NCBI RefSeq assembly: GCF_018350175.1 | Contig: NC_058383.1 | Location: 2,728,001 to 2,792,000 of the forward strand | DNA length: 64,000 bases | Reading direction: 5' to 3' | DNA from: Felis catus | Lineage: Eukaryota | Shown here: one piece after another, positions 63,301 to 64,000 of the stretch | Layout of the letters: every line of letters begins with the position of its first letter | Numbering within the stretch: the first letter of the stretch is position 1 | Position numbers and translations under genes: made by a program | The notes under the pieces: generated by a model | What the model saw: only the letters and a program-made list of their open reading frames with translations | Databases searched by the model: none | What the model was told of the DNA's origin: nothing

Positions 63301-64000
63301 AAGTCCATTGAGTATCCTTATGATCACTGCTTTAAATTCTCCATCAGGCATCTTACTGTATCTATTTTACTTAGATCTCTGGCTGTGGCCTCATCCTGTT
63401 TTTTCACTTGTGATAAATTTCTCTGTCTTCTCATTTTGTCTAAGTCCCTGTGCCTGTTTGTGTATGTTAGGTAAGTTACCAACAGCTCCTGGTTCTTGAG
63501 GGTAATGGCTTTATGAAGAATTGGTCCCATAGTGCACTCCCAGGCCCTGGGGCTTCCAAGAGTGTCTGCAATATGTGCTGAATGTGCTCTCCTTCTTGTC
63601 TTGCTTGCTTTATCTTTCAGTTCAGTTGACTGCAGAGGCTCTAGTTGCCTGTTGTGGTCAGTGTTTTGTCCCTGGCTTAAATGTGGCAAGGTGTAACTTG
63701 GTGTGCTCTGGTCTGCTTGTGAAATGAGACCTGTTACTACTGCCAGTGGAACTGAGGCTCTGCAAAACTTCCAGGTCAGGAGATGTGGTGTGAGCAGGGA
63801 TTTGGGCTGGTCTTCTAGGGAAGGGGGCCTACTGTGCTGGTACTTAGGCAAACATGACTGGGAAGGATGGTTCCACTGGTGCATGGGGAGGGGTGGGGCT
63901 TGGTGTAAGCAAGTTAGGTAGCAAGTGTAGGCGCTGTACTGGTTCCTGTGGGTAGCCCTGTGCTTACGCTGGGGCAGGGGTCAGAGGGTGGGGGGGAATG
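60378..64000 (-). mobile_element. Antisense L1 (mid-ORF2 through ORF1 into 5' UTR) with an inserted SINE at 62619-62837
   Basis: Minus-strand ORF fragments DNPEETDKFLETYKLP..GPDDFRSKFYQTFK, EKIYHANG, KEFMTTKPALQAVLKG and MRRQRNLSQVKKQ are L1 ORF2p/ORF1p-like. Confidence 0.9.

Larger units (their letters stand above)
7704..64000 (+). other. SDK1: SDK1 intron 1 (partial, continues beyond window)
   Basis: GT donor at 7704. No sequence encoding DDVAPYFKTEP (expected exon 2) was seen downstream, and the region is repeat-dense. Confidence 0.85.

Overview
Mammalian genomic DNA, almost certainly from a cat-family (feliform) carnivore, judged from abundant SINEC_Fc-type tRNA-derived CAN-SINEs and carnivore L1 3' ends. 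The window holds about 6.5 kb of upstream sequence, a CpG island promoter (~6.5-8.65 kb), the first coding exon of SDK1 (sidekick cell adhesion molecule 1; ATG 7463, splice donor after 7703) and about 56 kb of its long first intron. The intron is dominated by L1, L2, MIR, CAN-SINE, DNA-transposon and LTR relics. No second SDK1 exon, prokaryote-type system or other intact gene was seen, and nearly all listed ORFs are GC-rich or repeat-derived noise. The most unusual items are retrotransposition and repair by-products: (1) an ~850 bp TSD-flanked CpG-rich chimeric retrocopy with a short L1 tail, nested in an old L1; (2) a tailless tRNA-Lys 5'-half insertion with an 18 bp TSD; (3) an L1 reduced to 5' UTR plus 3' end, with a double fold-back junction; (4) a local 46 bp templated copy. 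There are also candidate SDK1 regulatory elements: an RFX/SOX/OTX motif cluster and a GGGGCC-containing repeat at the first donor. I cannot support a wholly new biological system from this sequence. Repeat boundaries and subfamily names were assigned by eye and are approximate.
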